Shown: positions 42,999 through 52,984, counted from the stretch's first letter. The stretch is 64,000 nt of DNA from Thermoanaerobaculia bacterium (GCA_031403995.1 JANNGS010000057.1:12173-76172), one strand, 5' to 3'. A program made the numbers and translations. The notes: generated by a model not told the origin, from the letters alone.

Positions 42999-44595
42999 CC
43001 GCAGGGCGCACCGACGCCGGTCCGTCTTCAGATCGGATGGCGTCGTCCCGGAGCGGACTGCATTCCGCTCCGACGAGACGCTCATAGCGGACCGGGGCCG
43101 AGCAGCTCCATCCAGCGTCGCGCAAGCGCAGCAGGAGGCCGGCCGACCGGCGCGCGTCCATGAGCATGAGGTGCGGAATATTCTCCCGGGCGATCTCGGG
43201 GAGTGCCTCCTCGAGAAGCGCAGGTGGTTTGAAGAGGGGATAGGACGTTCTTCCCTCGCGCACCCAACGGAAGTGGGTAAAGCCGTAGAAGGAAAGTCCG
43301 TTGGCTTGCGCCGAAATAACGACCAGCGAGGTCGAGCCGGGGGAGTGGGTGGATGCCAGGGAGTTGGCCAGTCGGCGCGAGTCGCGAGCGCCGACTGGCA
43401 AGTATGCGGCCCCCGCCTTGATGGCGACGAGAAAGAGGACCCAAGCCGCCAGAGGCTTCAGGAGGCGCCGCGACAGCATGTGCGTGTTCTCGAGTCGGCG
43501 CGCCAGGACGAGCGCCAGCGGTGTCCAGATCGGGAGGATGTAGAGCGGGAGGCGCGAGCTCGCTGCCATGAACAGCGCGAGCGGGAAGAGGACCCCGGAG
43601 AGCAGGAGCCAGTCGACAGGATTCTTGCGCGCGCCAACAAGTCGCCGCCAGGTAGCATTGCGCCAGGATGACGTGCCCAGCGTGCCTGCGGCAGCGATGG
43701 GCCACCAGGGAAGGGCGCCGAGCAGGAGGGTGGGCAAATAGGTGGCGACCGCACCCGTGACGCCGGGATTGCGTTGGTAGGAAGAGGTGAGGAGTCGCCC
43801 GGTCACCTGGTTGTCCATCATGTAGCTCGCAGATTCGGGGATGGTCCGGAGGATCGGTACGTACCAGGCGGCAGCGATTCCAAGCGCGAGGAGCACGCCG
43901 ATCCAGGCCTGCGGAGCCCGGAGCGCGGCCCGCAGGCGCCCCGATCCGGCGAGGTAGAACAGCACTGGCGGCAACGAGACAAGGAGAGCCGGCCCTTTGG
44001 TGAGCATCGCGAGGCCAGCTGCGAGGCCGGCAACCAGCCACCAGCGCCAACGCTGTGCGGGCGTCGAGGCCCCAGCGGCCCGAACCACGCCGAGCCAGGT
44101 GAAGGCGGAGAAGCAGGCGAGGGCGAGATCCGGCGTCACCATGTTCGCGGCGAGGAACGGCAGCAGGCTCGTTCCCCAGATCCCCGCGGCGAGCCAGCCC
44201 GTCTTGCGATCCCAGAGTGCCCGGCCGATGCCGGCCAGGGCCACGGCCTGCGCGAGGAAGAGAAACGCCAGCGGCAGGCGCGCCCCCCACTCGTTCCTGC
44301 CGCCGAGCGCCATGCCTCCCGCTAGACTCCAGTAGAGCAGCGGCGGCTTGTCCAGATACGGTTCGCCGTTCAGCCTCGGCACAAGCCAGTCTCCGGACCG
44401 GAGCATCTGCGCTGCGATCGCGGCGTACCGCCCTTCGTCCGGCTCCCAGAGCCCCCTGGAACCTTGAAAGGAAAGCGCAAGGACGGCGAGCAGCGCAACA
44501 ATGCCGAGGGCGCTCGACCGGCCCTCGACGGCTTCCACGCCAGCGCGTAACTTGCTGCCCCAGCCGACGTCGAAACGAGTCCCTGCGACGGTCAC
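42955..44595 (-). CDS. ArnT/PMT-family (GT39/GT83-like) undecaprenyl-phosphate-sugar:lipid glycosyltransferase.
   Basis: The N-terminal signature LWEPDEGRYAAIAAQMLRSGDWLVPRLNGEPYLDKPPLLYW is present, followed by polytopic hydrophobic segments. Its stop overlaps the convergent gene 40161..42998 by 44 nt. Confidence 0.8.
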   Translation of the reverse strand: MTVAGTRFDVGWGSKLRAGVEAVEGRSSALGIVALLAVLALSFQGSRGLWEPDEGRYAAIAAQMLRSGDWLVPRLNGEPYLDKPPLLYWSLAGGMALGGRNEWGARLPLAFLFLAQAVALAGIGRALWDRKTGWLAAGIWGTSLLPFLAANMVTPDLALACFSAFTWLGVVRAAGASTPAQRWRWWLVAGLAAGLAMLTKGPALLVSLPPVLFYLAGSGRLRAALRAPQAWIGVLLALGIAAAWYVPILRTIPESASYMMDNQVTGRLLTSSYQRNPGVTGAVATYLPTLLLGALPWWPIAAAGTLGTSSWRNATWRRLVGARKNPVDWLLLSGVLFPLALFMAASSRLPLYILPIWTPLALVLARRLENTHMLSRRLLKPLAAWVLFLVAIKAGAAYLPVGARDSRRLANSLASTHSPGSTSLVVISAQANGLSFYGFTHFRWVREGRTSYPLFKPPALLEEALPEIARENIPHLMLMDARRSAGLLLRLRDAGWSCSAPVRYERLVGAECSPLRDDAIRSEDGPASVRPAVNGSIPARPPDRGR

Positions 44596-44699
44596 GACAT
44601 TTCCTCCACGACGGAAGAGTCTCTGCGCCCTGCATGAGAGTTCGATGAAGTTCGAGGCGGAATCCTTCGGACGAGCCGAATGAAGTTGCCAGCGCTAGG

Positions 44700-45380
44700 A
44701 TGGCGCCGATGAAGGTGCTCGTCGTCGAGGATTCCGAGAGTCTGCGCAGGTCCCTCGGAGAGGGCCTGCGGCGCAGTGGTTTCGCGGTGGATGTGGCAGC
44801 CGACGGCGACGCAGGTCTGTCGTTCGCCGAGCACGCTGGATACGACGCGATCGTGCTCGACCTCATGCTGCCGAAGCTCGACGGCCTGACCCTGCTGCGC
44901 CGCCTGCGGGCAATGAAGAAGAAGACGCACGTGCTGGTGCTTTCAGCCCGGGGGAAGGTGCGGGACCGCGTTGAGCTCTTGAACGCGGGAGCCGACGACT
45001 ACCTCGTCAAGCCGTTCGCGTTCGACGAGCTTTTCGCTCGGCTGCATGCCCTGGTTCGCCGCAGCTACGCCGAGAAGTTCCCAATCCTCGCGTTCGCGGG
45101 TCTGGAGATCGACACCACCTCGAAGTCAGTGCAGCTCCGCGGCCGGCCGGTCGAGCTTGTGGGCCTGGAATACGGTCTCCTCGAGGTCCTTGCCCTGCGG
45201 CGCGGACGCGTGACCAGCCGGGAGGAGATCCTCGACCGTCTCTATGCCTCCGGCTACGAGCCGACGAGCAACGTCGTCGAGGCCCTGGTCTATTCCCTGC
45301 GTAAGAAGATCCAGCCTCCAGGGACTCTACCGATCATTCTGAATCGGCGAGGCGTGGGCTATCTCATCGAGGCGGACTGA
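44700..45380 (+). CDS. OmpR-family response regulator.
   Basis: The receiver has D (VVEDSE), DAIVLDLMLP and K. The winged-helix C-terminus has the OmpR-type recognition helix. Confidence 0.85.
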   Translation: MAPMKVLVVEDSESLRRSLGEGLRRSGFAVDVAADGDAGLSFAEHAGYDAIVLDLMLPKLDGLTLLRRLRAMKKKTHVLVLSARGKVRDRVELLNAGADDYLVKPFAFDELFARLHALVRRSYAEKFPILAFAGLEIDTTSKSVQLRGRPVELVGLEYGLLEVLALRRGRVTSREEILDRLYASGYEPTSNVVEALVYSLRKKIQPPGTLPIILNRRGVGYLIEAD

Positions 45381-45381
45381 G

Positions 45382-46854
45382 TTGCGATCGATCCGGCGCG
45401 ACCTCGTGCTCGAGCTGTCGGTCGGCACCGCGGTGCTCGCCGCTCTGGCCGGTCTCGTTTCCGGACGGGCGATCGAGAATCGGATCCGGCGCGACTTCGA
45501 TGACGCACTCCACTCCAAGGCGCAGGCGCTCGTGACCCTGACCGAGCAGAAGTCCGGCGTGATCCAGCTCGAGTTCGCCGACGAAGCGATGCCCGAGTTC
45601 TCCGTGCGTCAGCCACTCGAGTACTTCGAGATCTGGGCTTCGACCGGAGAGGTCGTCGAACGTTCGAGGTCGCTGCAGGATGGACACCTGCCGCGGAGGA
45701 TGGGTTCGAATGGCGAACCGCGCTTCAGCGACGCGCTCCTGCCGGACGGCAGACGAGGGCACCTCATATCGCTCGCCTTCGTCCCGCAGCTGGAGGACGA
45801 CAGGGATCCTTGGGCCGAGCATGCCGCCAATCAGCATCCAGAGTCGAGCAACGAGCTCCGGGAAGCCTCGCTCACGCTCGCGCGCGGCACCGAAGAGCTC
45901 GAGGGTCTGGTGCGATCGATCTACGCCGCCGACCTCGCCGTAGCGGGCGGGCTCGCGTGCGCTCTTGCGTTGCTGGTCGGATGGGTCGTGCGCAGGGGCT
46001 TCGCGCCGCTAAGCGAAGTCGCGCGGCGCGTCGGCACTCTCGACGAGCACAGCCTCGCATCGCGTCTCGAGGTGAATCCGCCGGTGCTCGAGCTCGAGCC
46101 GATCGTCCGCCGCCTGAACCTCCTGCTCGAGCGACTGGAAGGCGCCTTCGAGCGCGAGCGTCGCTTCTCCGGCGATGTCGCCCACGAGCTGCGGACCCCG
46201 GTGGCCGAGCTGCGGACGCTCTCCGAGGTGGGGGAGCGGTGGTCGGGCGATGCCGACCTGGCGCGTGACCTGTTTCGCGATGCCGCGAAGGTTGCCGGGC
46301 GGATGGAGCGCTCGGTCGAACAGATGCTCGCCATGGCGAGGGCGGAGGCCGGACGCGACGTGGGATTGGAGGAGGCGATCTACCTCGAAGCCCTGATCGA
46401 CGAATGCCTCTCCGCTCAGGGCGTGGTGAGCGAGAGCGCAGGGACGCGGGTGACCAGGAATCTGGATCGGTCGCTGGTCGTCTGCACCCATCGTGAAATG
46501 TTCGTTCTGGTGCTGCGGAACCTCCTCGACAACGCATTCGACTACAGCCCCGCTGAGAGCAGCATCGAGATCGTGTCGCGAGCGCTGCCCGACGGGCAGT
46601 TCGTGCTCGAGATCTCGAATCTGGCGCCGAATCTCGAAGCTCGAGATGTCGCGCACCTGTTCGAACGCTTTTGGCGCAAGGACGCCGCGCGGAGCGATTC
46701 TCGGCACTCGGGTCTGGGCCTCGCTCTTGTTCGCAGTCTCTGCGGTCTGCTCGGCTTCGGCGTCGAGGCCAGCCTCGACGAAACGGATCGACGATTGACC
46801 GTAGTAGTCAAGGGTGCGACTGGCGCGGGGAAGCAGTCTCCTTCAGCGGTTTGA
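45382..46854 (+). CDS. Sensor histidine kinase (two TM, HAMP, HisKA, HATPase_c), partner of the preceding regulator.
   Basis: The H-box is FSGDVAHELRTPVAEL, and the N/G-boxes are LLDNAFDYS and GLGLALVRSL. The TTG start abuts the regulator gene's stop codon. Confidence 0.8.
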   Translation: MRSIRRDLVLELSVGTAVLAALAGLVSGRAIENRIRRDFDDALHSKAQALVTLTEQKSGVIQLEFADEAMPEFSVRQPLEYFEIWASTGEVVERSRSLQDGHLPRRMGSNGEPRFSDALLPDGRRGHLISLAFVPQLEDDRDPWAEHAANQHPESSNELREASLTLARGTEELEGLVRSIYAADLAVAGGLACALALLVGWVVRRGFAPLSEVARRVGTLDEHSLASRLEVNPPVLELEPIVRRLNLLLERLEGAFERERRFSGDVAHELRTPVAELRTLSEVGERWSGDADLARDLFRDAAKVAGRMERSVEQMLAMARAEAGRDVGLEEAIYLEALIDECLSAQGVVSESAGTRVTRNLDRSLVVCTHREMFVLVLRNLLDNAFDYSPAESSIEIVSRALPDGQFVLEISNLAPNLEARDVAHLFERFWRKDAARSDSRHSGLGLALVRSLCGLLGFGVEASLDETDRRLTVVVKGATGAGKQSPSAV

Positions 46855-46889
46855 CCCTGCTTCAGGCCAAAGATATCCTCGCCGCTCCC

Positions 46890-48188
46890 ATGCCCCGTCG
46901 CCTGCCGTTGCACACCCGGATGCTGATCGGTTTCGCGATCGGCATCGTCGCCGGGCTTGTCGCGCACCGCTACTTCGCGGGCGATCCGCGGCTGGTCTGG
47001 TTCCTCTCCCATGTCTCTCAGCCGGTGGGGAAGGTCTTCCTCCGCCTGCTCTTCATGCTGGTCGTGCCGCTCATCTTTTCGGCCCTGGTGCTCGGGATCA
47101 CCGGCCTCGGCGACCTGAAGAGCCTCGGGCGGATCGGCCTGAAGACTCTCGCCTACACAGTCGTGGTGTCGTCGATCGCGGTCCTTCTCGGGCTTGTGCT
47201 GGTGAACGTCCTCAAACCCGGCGAGGGGCTCTCCGAAGAAACCCGGGCGCGCATGATGGCCGGCGCCGCTGAGCGCTCCGCGGTGCTCGCCAAGGCGCAG
47301 GCGCCGAAATCGGGGATGGACCTGGTGACCGAGATCGTGCCGGCGAATCCGCTCAAGGCGGCGGCCGACGGCGACCTCCTGGCCTGGATGTTCTTCGCCC
47401 TGCTCTTCGGCATCGGTCTCTCGCTCACCCGCACCGAGGCCGCGCGGCGCCTCGAGGAGATGATCGAAGGGCTCTACAACGTCACCATGCGGCTCATCGC
47501 CATCGTCATCGGGCTCGCTCCGATCGGGGTGGCGGCGCTGCTGTTCTCGATCACCGCCGATCTCGGCCTCGAGATCGTGGTCCAGCTGGCGCGCTACGTC
47601 GGCGTCGTGGTGCTGGCGCTCGCCATCCACCAGTTCGTCGTCTACTCGGCGGTGGTCAAGCTCTTCGGCGGCATGAGCCCGCGCTTCTTCTTCAGCAGCA
47701 TCCAGGAGGCGATGATCACGGCTTTCTCGACCGCCTCTTCGAACGCCACCCTGCCGACGGCGTTGCGCGTCGCCGAGGAGAAGCTGAAGCTCCCGTCGCA
47801 CGTCAGCCGCTTCGTCCTCACCCTCGGCTCGACCGCCAACCAGAACGGCACCGCGCTTTTCGAAGGCGTCACGGTGCTCTTCCTGGCGCAGTTCTACGGC
47901 ATCGAGCTCGCGCTCTCGCAACAGGTTCTGGTGCTGTTCATCTGCATTCTCGGCGGCATCGGGACGGCGGGCGTCCCGGCGGGTTCGATCCCGGTGGTGG
48001 CGATGATCCTCGGGCAGGTCAACGTGCCGATCGAGGGGATCGGCATCATCCTCGGCGTCGACCGCTTCCTCGACATGTGCCGCACCACCCTGAACGTCTC
48101 GGGCGACCTCGCCGCGGCGGTCGTCGTGTCGCGCGGCGAGGCCCACCCCGCGCCGCCGCTGGTACCGCCAGCGCCGCTGGGCGCGTAG
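46890..48188 (+). CDS. Dicarboxylate/amino-acid:cation symporter (DAACS; GltP/DctA family).
   Basis: The family motifs LGITGLGDLKSLGRIGLKTL, FFSSIQEAMITAFSTASSNATLP and IPVVAMILGQVNVPIEGIGIILGVDRFLDM are present. The track ORF starts at 46671 in the same frame. Confidence 0.85.
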   Translation: MPRRLPLHTRMLIGFAIGIVAGLVAHRYFAGDPRLVWFLSHVSQPVGKVFLRLLFMLVVPLIFSALVLGITGLGDLKSLGRIGLKTLAYTVVVSSIAVLLGLVLVNVLKPGEGLSEETRARMMAGAAERSAVLAKAQAPKSGMDLVTEIVPANPLKAAADGDLLAWMFFALLFGIGLSLTRTEAARRLEEMIEGLYNVTMRLIAIVIGLAPIGVAALLFSITADLGLEIVVQLARYVGVVVLALAIHQFVVYSAVVKLFGGMSPRFFFSSIQEAMITAFSTASSNATLPTALRVAEEKLKLPSHVSRFVLTLGSTANQNGTALFEGVTVLFLAQFYGIELALSQQVLVLFICILGGIGTAGVPAGSIPVVAMILGQVNVPIEGIGIILGVDRFLDMCRTTLNVSGDLAAAVVVSRGEAHPAPPLVPPAPLGA

Positions 48189-48277
48189 TTCGGCCGGTTC
48201 CGGGATTCTCCGCGAATGGCACCGCCGCGCGCTGCGGCCGCGTTCGGAGTATGCTGCGGCGCGTTCGCTGACAGTAC

Positions 48278-51200
48278 TTGGGGGAAGCCATTTTGACAGG
48301 TTCTGCCTGCCTCAAACAATGCTCTCTATGGTTGGGCCGGGTGGCGCTTTTCCTGTTGGCTGTAGCGGCAGGGGCAGATCAGCTCTGGTTGGTGTCGCGG
48401 GGCCTGCCCAGCGACACGCCGGCGGGATGGTCGCAGCCGCACACGATGACTCCGGACGGACGCTACGTCCTCATGAGCTCGGCGGCCACGGGTTGGGTGA
48501 GCGGCATCGTGGACTCGAACGGCGGCCCGGACGTCTACCTGTGGGACCGGGATACGGGCGAGCACACCCTCGTCTCGCACACCGTCGGGGATCCGGCGAC
48601 GGCGGCGAACGACGAGTCGTTTCCCGGTTCGATCAGCGACGACGGCCGATTCGTGACCTTCAGCTCCTACGGTTCGGACCTGGTCGACGGCGCAACCGAC
48701 ATCAACTTCGTCGCCGACGTCTTTCTCTGGGACGGCGCCACCGGCTCGATCCAGCTCGTCTCGCACATGGGGGTCGCCGTAGCGATGACCGCGAACGAGC
48801 GCTCGACGCCGAACGCCATGAGCGCCGACGGCCGCTACGTCGTCTTCCAGTCCGTGGCCGACGATCTCGTCGCTGGCGGAGTCGACGACAACCAGACCTG
48901 GGACGTTTTCGTCTGGGACCGCGACACCTCCGAGGTGGTCCTGGTCTCGCACGATGCGGTCGATCCGGCGAGCGCGGCAGATGGACTGTCCGAGCCTGCC
49001 GCGATGAGCACCGACGGGCGCTACATCGCCTTCACTTCGTCGGCGACCAATCTGGTCGCCGGGACCACCGATGCCAATGCCGTCGAGGACGCCTTCGTCT
49101 GGGATCGGGTCGCGGGCGCTTCGACCCTGGTCTCGCACGCGGCGCCCTCGGCGACGACGGCGGCGAACAACTTCTCCGTCGCCCGGGCCATCAGTGCCGA
49201 CGGCCGCTATGTCGCTTACGACTCCAACGCCACCAACCTGATCACCGGCTGGTCGGGCTCGGCCGCCAACGTCTTTCTCTGGGATCGCGACACCGGCGGA
49301 GCGACCCTGGTCTCCCATCGCGCGACCGGTCTCGCCGCGGGAGCCGGCGGCTCCGAGCTCGGCGCGCTCAGTCCGGACGGCCAGAGCGTCGCCTTCGTGT
49401 CGAAGGCGGAAACGCTCATCGCCGGCGGCAGCGACGCCAATGCGGAGGACGACACCTTTCACTGGCGGGCCGACAGCGGCGCGGTGGCGCTGGTTTCCCA
49501 CACGGCTTCGTCGACGACCACGGCGGGAGATCGCGCGGCGCTGCCGGTGGCGATCAGCGCCGACGGTCAGTTCGTGCTCTATCGCTCGGCGTCGAGCGAT
49601 CACATCGCCGGGGGGAGCGACGCGAACGGCGTCGAAGACGCCTTTTTCTGGGACCGCGACAGCGGCGCGATCGAGCTCGTCTCGCGAACTCCTGCCAGCG
49701 CGACGACTCCGGGCGGCGCGGCTTCGACGCCGCGCGCGATGAGCGCCGACGGGCTGTGGGTCGCCCTCGCCTCCAAAGCCAGCGACCTGCTCTCGGGAGG
49801 CGTGGACGGCAACGGTGCCCAGGACGCCTTTCTCTGGGACCGCACGAGCGGCGCCCACAGTTTGATCTCAAGCGCCACTGTGGCGGAGGTAACCGGCGCG
49901 AACGGCCTGGTCAGCCCGCTGGCGCTGAGCTCCGATGGGCGGTTCGTCCTGTTCAGCTCGGAGGCGACCAATCTGCTGGCCGGTGGGACCGCAACCAGCG
50001 ACCTCTGGGACCTTCTGCAGTGGGATCGCACGACCGAAGCCTTGACCCTGGTCGCCCACGTCGCCGGCGAGCGGCCGACCGCGACGAACGAGGCCGGCAG
50101 CATGAGCTCCGACGGCCGCTACGTGGCGTTCTACTCCTTCGCCGCCGACCTGATCGCCGGCGGCAGCGATGCCAACGGCGAGGCCGACGCTTTTCTCTGG
50201 GATCAGACGAGCGGGCTGCGGATCCTCATTTCCGGCGCAGCCGGTTCGGGCACGGTGGCGGCGAACGGGCGCTCGATCCCGGCGGCGATGAGCCTGGACG
50301 GCCGCTACGTGACGTTCTGGTCGCTCTCCACCGACCTCGACGCGGGCCTAACCGACCTCAACGATGCCAGGGACGTCTTCCAATGGGATCGTGACACCGG
50401 CGTCGTGACCCTGATCTCGCACGTCGGCGGACAACCGCAGGTCGCGGCGGACTCCGAATCCGTTCCTACGGCGACGAGCGCCGACGGCCGTTACGTCGCT
50501 TTCTACTCGCAGGCGATGAGCCTGGTCGACGTCGCCAACGATCTCAACGGCACCGTCGAGGACGCCTTCCTTTGGGACCGCATCACCGGTGCGGTCACCC
50601 TCGTCTCGCACATTCCCGGGGCCCCGACGACCACCGGAAACGGCAAGTCGATACCTCTCGGGGTGAGCGCCGACGGCGAGTTCGTCGCCTTTGCCTCCAA
50701 ATCGAGCGACCTGATCGTCGGCAACGACGACGGGAACGGGCAGTTCGACCTTTTCCTCTGGGCGCGATCGAGCGGCGCGGTGACCCTCATCTCGCACTCC
50801 ACCATCGCGTCGACGAGCACCGGCGACGAGTTCAGTGCCTTCAAGGCGCTTTCCGCCGACGGCAATTTCGTCGCCTTCGTGTCGGCGGCGACCGACCTGA
50901 TCGTCGGGGGCATCGACTCCAACGGGCCGGGCGCCGACGCTTATCTGTGGAGTCGCCTGACTGGGGAGGTGCAACTGATCGCGCACGCCCCTGGCGATCC
51001 GGCGGCGACGGCGAACGGTGCCTCCGAGCCCGTGTCGTTGAGCGCCGATGGCCGCTATGTCGTGTTCTCGTCTTCCGCTTCCGACCTGGTCGCGGGTGCG
51101 CTCGACACCAACGAGCTCGCCGACGTCTACCTCTGGGATCGGTTGAGCGACAGCTCGATCCTGGCGTCGCACACGCTGGATGACGCGACCGTTTCGGCGT

Positions 51201-52984
51201 TCGGTCCCTCGACGGCGCGGGCGATGAGCGCGAACGGGAGCTACGTCCTGTTCTCTTCCGCCGCCCGGGACCTCGCGCCGGCAAACACCTCTGCGATCCA
51301 GGTCTACCTCTGGTCGGCCAACACCCTGGACGCGACTCCTCCGCTCAATCCGGCGATTGACTCGACGCTGCCACCGGTGTCGATCTGGTCGAACAGCCCT
51401 TGGGTCGAGATCAGCTGGTCGGGGGCGAGCGACGAGCTCGGCGGCTCGGGGATGCACGGCTATTCGACGCTCTGGGACACCTCAGCGGACACGGTTCCGG
51501 ACGCGGTCGTCGATGAACCGCACGCCACGGACCCCAATTCGGTGACCAGCCCGCCGCTCACCGACGGCGACTCGCACTACTTCCATCTCTCGACTTGCGA
51601 CTCGGCCGGCAACTGCGCTGCGACCGTGCATGCCGGACCGTTCTGGGTGGACACCACGCCGCCCGCTGCAGCCACCGCGCTGGCGAGCTCCAGTCATGCG
51701 GTGGGCGTGCCGTCGAACGACCCGACCGTCGACGTCCAATGGCAGGCGGCGCTCGACCAGGCCGGACTCTCCGGCATCGACGGTTACGCGGTGGAGTTCG
51801 AGGCGAACAGCGGCTGGACCTGTGACGAGGTGCTGGACCTCGAGGAGGGCACACTCTCGACGACGAGCCCGGTGCTCGCCGACGGCGAGTGGTACTTCCA
51901 CCTCTGCGCGCGCGACAACGCCGGCAACTGGGGGCCGGTGGCGTCGCTCGGGCCGTTCGTGATCGAGACCCTGCCGCCGGGCGCGGCCTCCGGGCTCGCG
52001 AGCTCGAGTCACGCGGTGGGCGTGCTGTCGAACGACCCGACCGTCGACGTCTCCTGGCAGGCGGCTCCCGACCTCGAGGTTCCCTCCGGCATCGATGGCT
52101 ACGCGATCCAGTTCGATGGGAACAGCAGTTGGACCTGCGATGAGGTCAAGGACGTCGAGGAGGACACGCTCGCGGCGACGAGCCCGGCGCTCGCCGACGG
52201 CGACAGGTACTTCCACCTCTGCGCGCGCGACAACGCCGGCAACTGGGGGCCGGTGGCGTCGCTCGGGCCGTTCGTGATCGACGCCTCACCGCCGGGCGCG
52301 GCCTCCGCACTCGCGAGCTCGAGTCACTCAGTGGGCGTGCCGTCGAACGACCCGACGGTCGACGTCTCCTGGCAGGCGGCTCCCGACCAGGCGGGTCCCT
52401 CCGGCATCGACGGCTACGCGCTTCAGTTCGATGCGAACAGCAGCTGGACCTGTGACGAGGTGCTGGACGTCGAGGAGGGCACACTCGCAACGACGAGCCC
52501 GGTGCTCGCCGACGGCGACGGGTACTTCCACCTCTGCGCGCGCGACAACGCCGGCAACTGGGGGCCGGTGGCGTCGCTCGGCCCGTTCTTGATCGACGCC
52601 TCCCCGCCGGGCGCGGCCTCCGGGCTCGCGAGCTCGAGCCACGTGGTGGGCGTGCCGTCGAACGACCCGACGGTCGACGTTCAATGGCAGGCGGCTCCCG
52701 ACCAGGCGGAGTCCTCCGGCATCGACGGCTACGCGCTGCAGTTCGATGCGAACAGCGGCTGGGCCTGCGACGAAGTGCAGGACGTCGAGGAGGTCACGCT
52801 CGCGGCGACGAGCCCGGCGCTCGCCGACGGCGACTGGTATTTCCACCTCTGCGCGCGCGACAACGCCGGCAACTGGGGACCGGTAGCGTCGATCGGGCCG
52901 TTCGTGATCGAAATCTCCGCGACCGTTTTCATCGACGGGTTCGAGCTCGGCGATATGTCGCGATGGTCCAGCAATGTGCCTTGA
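48278..52984 (+). CDS. Giant secreted protein (about 1570 aa). It has a signal peptide, about 19 tandem PD40/TolB-like beta-propeller repeats (...SxDGRYVaF.S.A.dLvaG.tD.N...DVFLWDR.TG...LVSH), one diverged and four near-identical roughly 105-aa Fn3/Ig-like modules, and a terminal DGFELGDMSRWSSNVP motif.
   Basis: The repeat architecture was read directly from the translation. The start is approximate; TTG at 48278 or 48293 gives ...CLKQCSLWLGRVALFLLAVAAGADQ. Confidence 0.8.
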   Translation: MGEAILTGSACLKQCSLWLGRVALFLLAVAAGADQLWLVSRGLPSDTPAGWSQPHTMTPDGRYVLMSSAATGWVSGIVDSNGGPDVYLWDRDTGEHTLVSHTVGDPATAANDESFPGSISDDGRFVTFSSYGSDLVDGATDINFVADVFLWDGATGSIQLVSHMGVAVAMTANERSTPNAMSADGRYVVFQSVADDLVAGGVDDNQTWDVFVWDRDTSEVVLVSHDAVDPASAADGLSEPAAMSTDGRYIAFTSSATNLVAGTTDANAVEDAFVWDRVAGASTLVSHAAPSATTAANNFSVARAISADGRYVAYDSNATNLITGWSGSAANVFLWDRDTGGATLVSHRATGLAAGAGGSELGALSPDGQSVAFVSKAETLIAGGSDANAEDDTFHWRADSGAVALVSHTASSTTTAGDRAALPVAISADGQFVLYRSASSDHIAGGSDANGVEDAFFWDRDSGAIELVSRTPASATTPGGAASTPRAMSADGLWVALASKASDLLSGGVDGNGAQDAFLWDRTSGAHSLISSATVAEVTGANGLVSPLALSSDGRFVLFSSEATNLLAGGTATSDLWDLLQWDRTTEALTLVAHVAGERPTATNEAGSMSSDGRYVAFYSFAADLIAGGSDANGEADAFLWDQTSGLRILISGAAGSGTVAANGRSIPAAMSLDGRYVTFWSLSTDLDAGLTDLNDARDVFQWDRDTGVVTLISHVGGQPQVAADSESVPTATSADGRYVAFYSQAMSLVDVANDLNGTVEDAFLWDRITGAVTLVSHIPGAPTTTGNGKSIPLGVSADGEFVAFASKSSDLIVGNDDGNGQFDLFLWARSSGAVTLISHSTIASTSTGDEFSAFKALSADGNFVAFVSAATDLIVGGIDSNGPGADAYLWSRLTGEVQLIAHAPGDPAATANGASEPVSLSADGRYVVFSSSASDLVAGALDTNELADVYLWDRLSDSSILASHTLDDATVSAFGPSTARAMSANGSYVLFSSAARDLAPANTSAIQVYLWSANTLDATPPLNPAIDSTLPPVSIWSNSPWVEISWSGASDELGGSGMHGYSTLWDTSADTVPDAVVDEPHATDPNSVTSPPLTDGDSHYFHLSTCDSAGNCAATVHAGPFWVDTTPPAAATALASSSHAVGVPSNDPTVDVQWQAALDQAGLSGIDGYAVEFEANSGWTCDEVLDLEEGTLSTTSPVLADGEWYFHLCARDNAGNWGPVASLGPFVIETLPPGAASGLASSSHAVGVLSNDPTVDVSWQAAPDLEVPSGIDGYAIQFDGNSSWTCDEVKDVEEDTLAATSPALADGDRYFHLCARDNAGNWGPVASLGPFVIDASPPGAASALASSSHSVGVPSNDPTVDVSWQAAPDQAGPSGIDGYALQFDANSSWTCDEVLDVEEGTLATTSPVLADGDGYFHLCARDNAGNWGPVASLGPFLIDASPPGAASGLASSSHVVGVPSNDPTVDVQWQAAPDQAESSGIDGYALQFDANSGWACDEVQDVEEVTLAATSPALADGDWYFHLCARDNAGNWGPVASIGPFVIEISATVFIDGFELGDMSRWSSNVP
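51653..52915 (+). repeat. Four tandem, nearly identical 315-bp DNA repeats (units starting near 51653, 51969, 52284 and 52593) that encode the Fn3/Ig-like modules, plus one older diverged copy near 51340-51652.
   Basis: Long identical strings recur every 315 bp, for example gacaacgccggcaactgggggccggtggcgtcgctcgggccgttcgtgatcga and tcgaacgacccgac.gtcgacgtc. They produce a stack of phantom overlapping ORFs in the track (51595..52490). Confidence 0.85.

Noticed and set aside
43082-44866. Minus-strand 594-aa ORF overlapping the arnT-like gene in another frame.
   Set aside because: Only the 42955..44595 frame carries the ArnT/PMT signature and TM helices. This frame is Arg/Pro-rich.
46542-50394. 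ORFs 46542..48146 (-), 48319..50394 (+, 691 aa), 48326..49858 (-) and 50348..51457 (-) around the symporter and giant-protein genes.
   Set aside because: They are frame-shifted or antisense shadows. The giant protein's PD40 repeats are coherent only in the 48278 frame.
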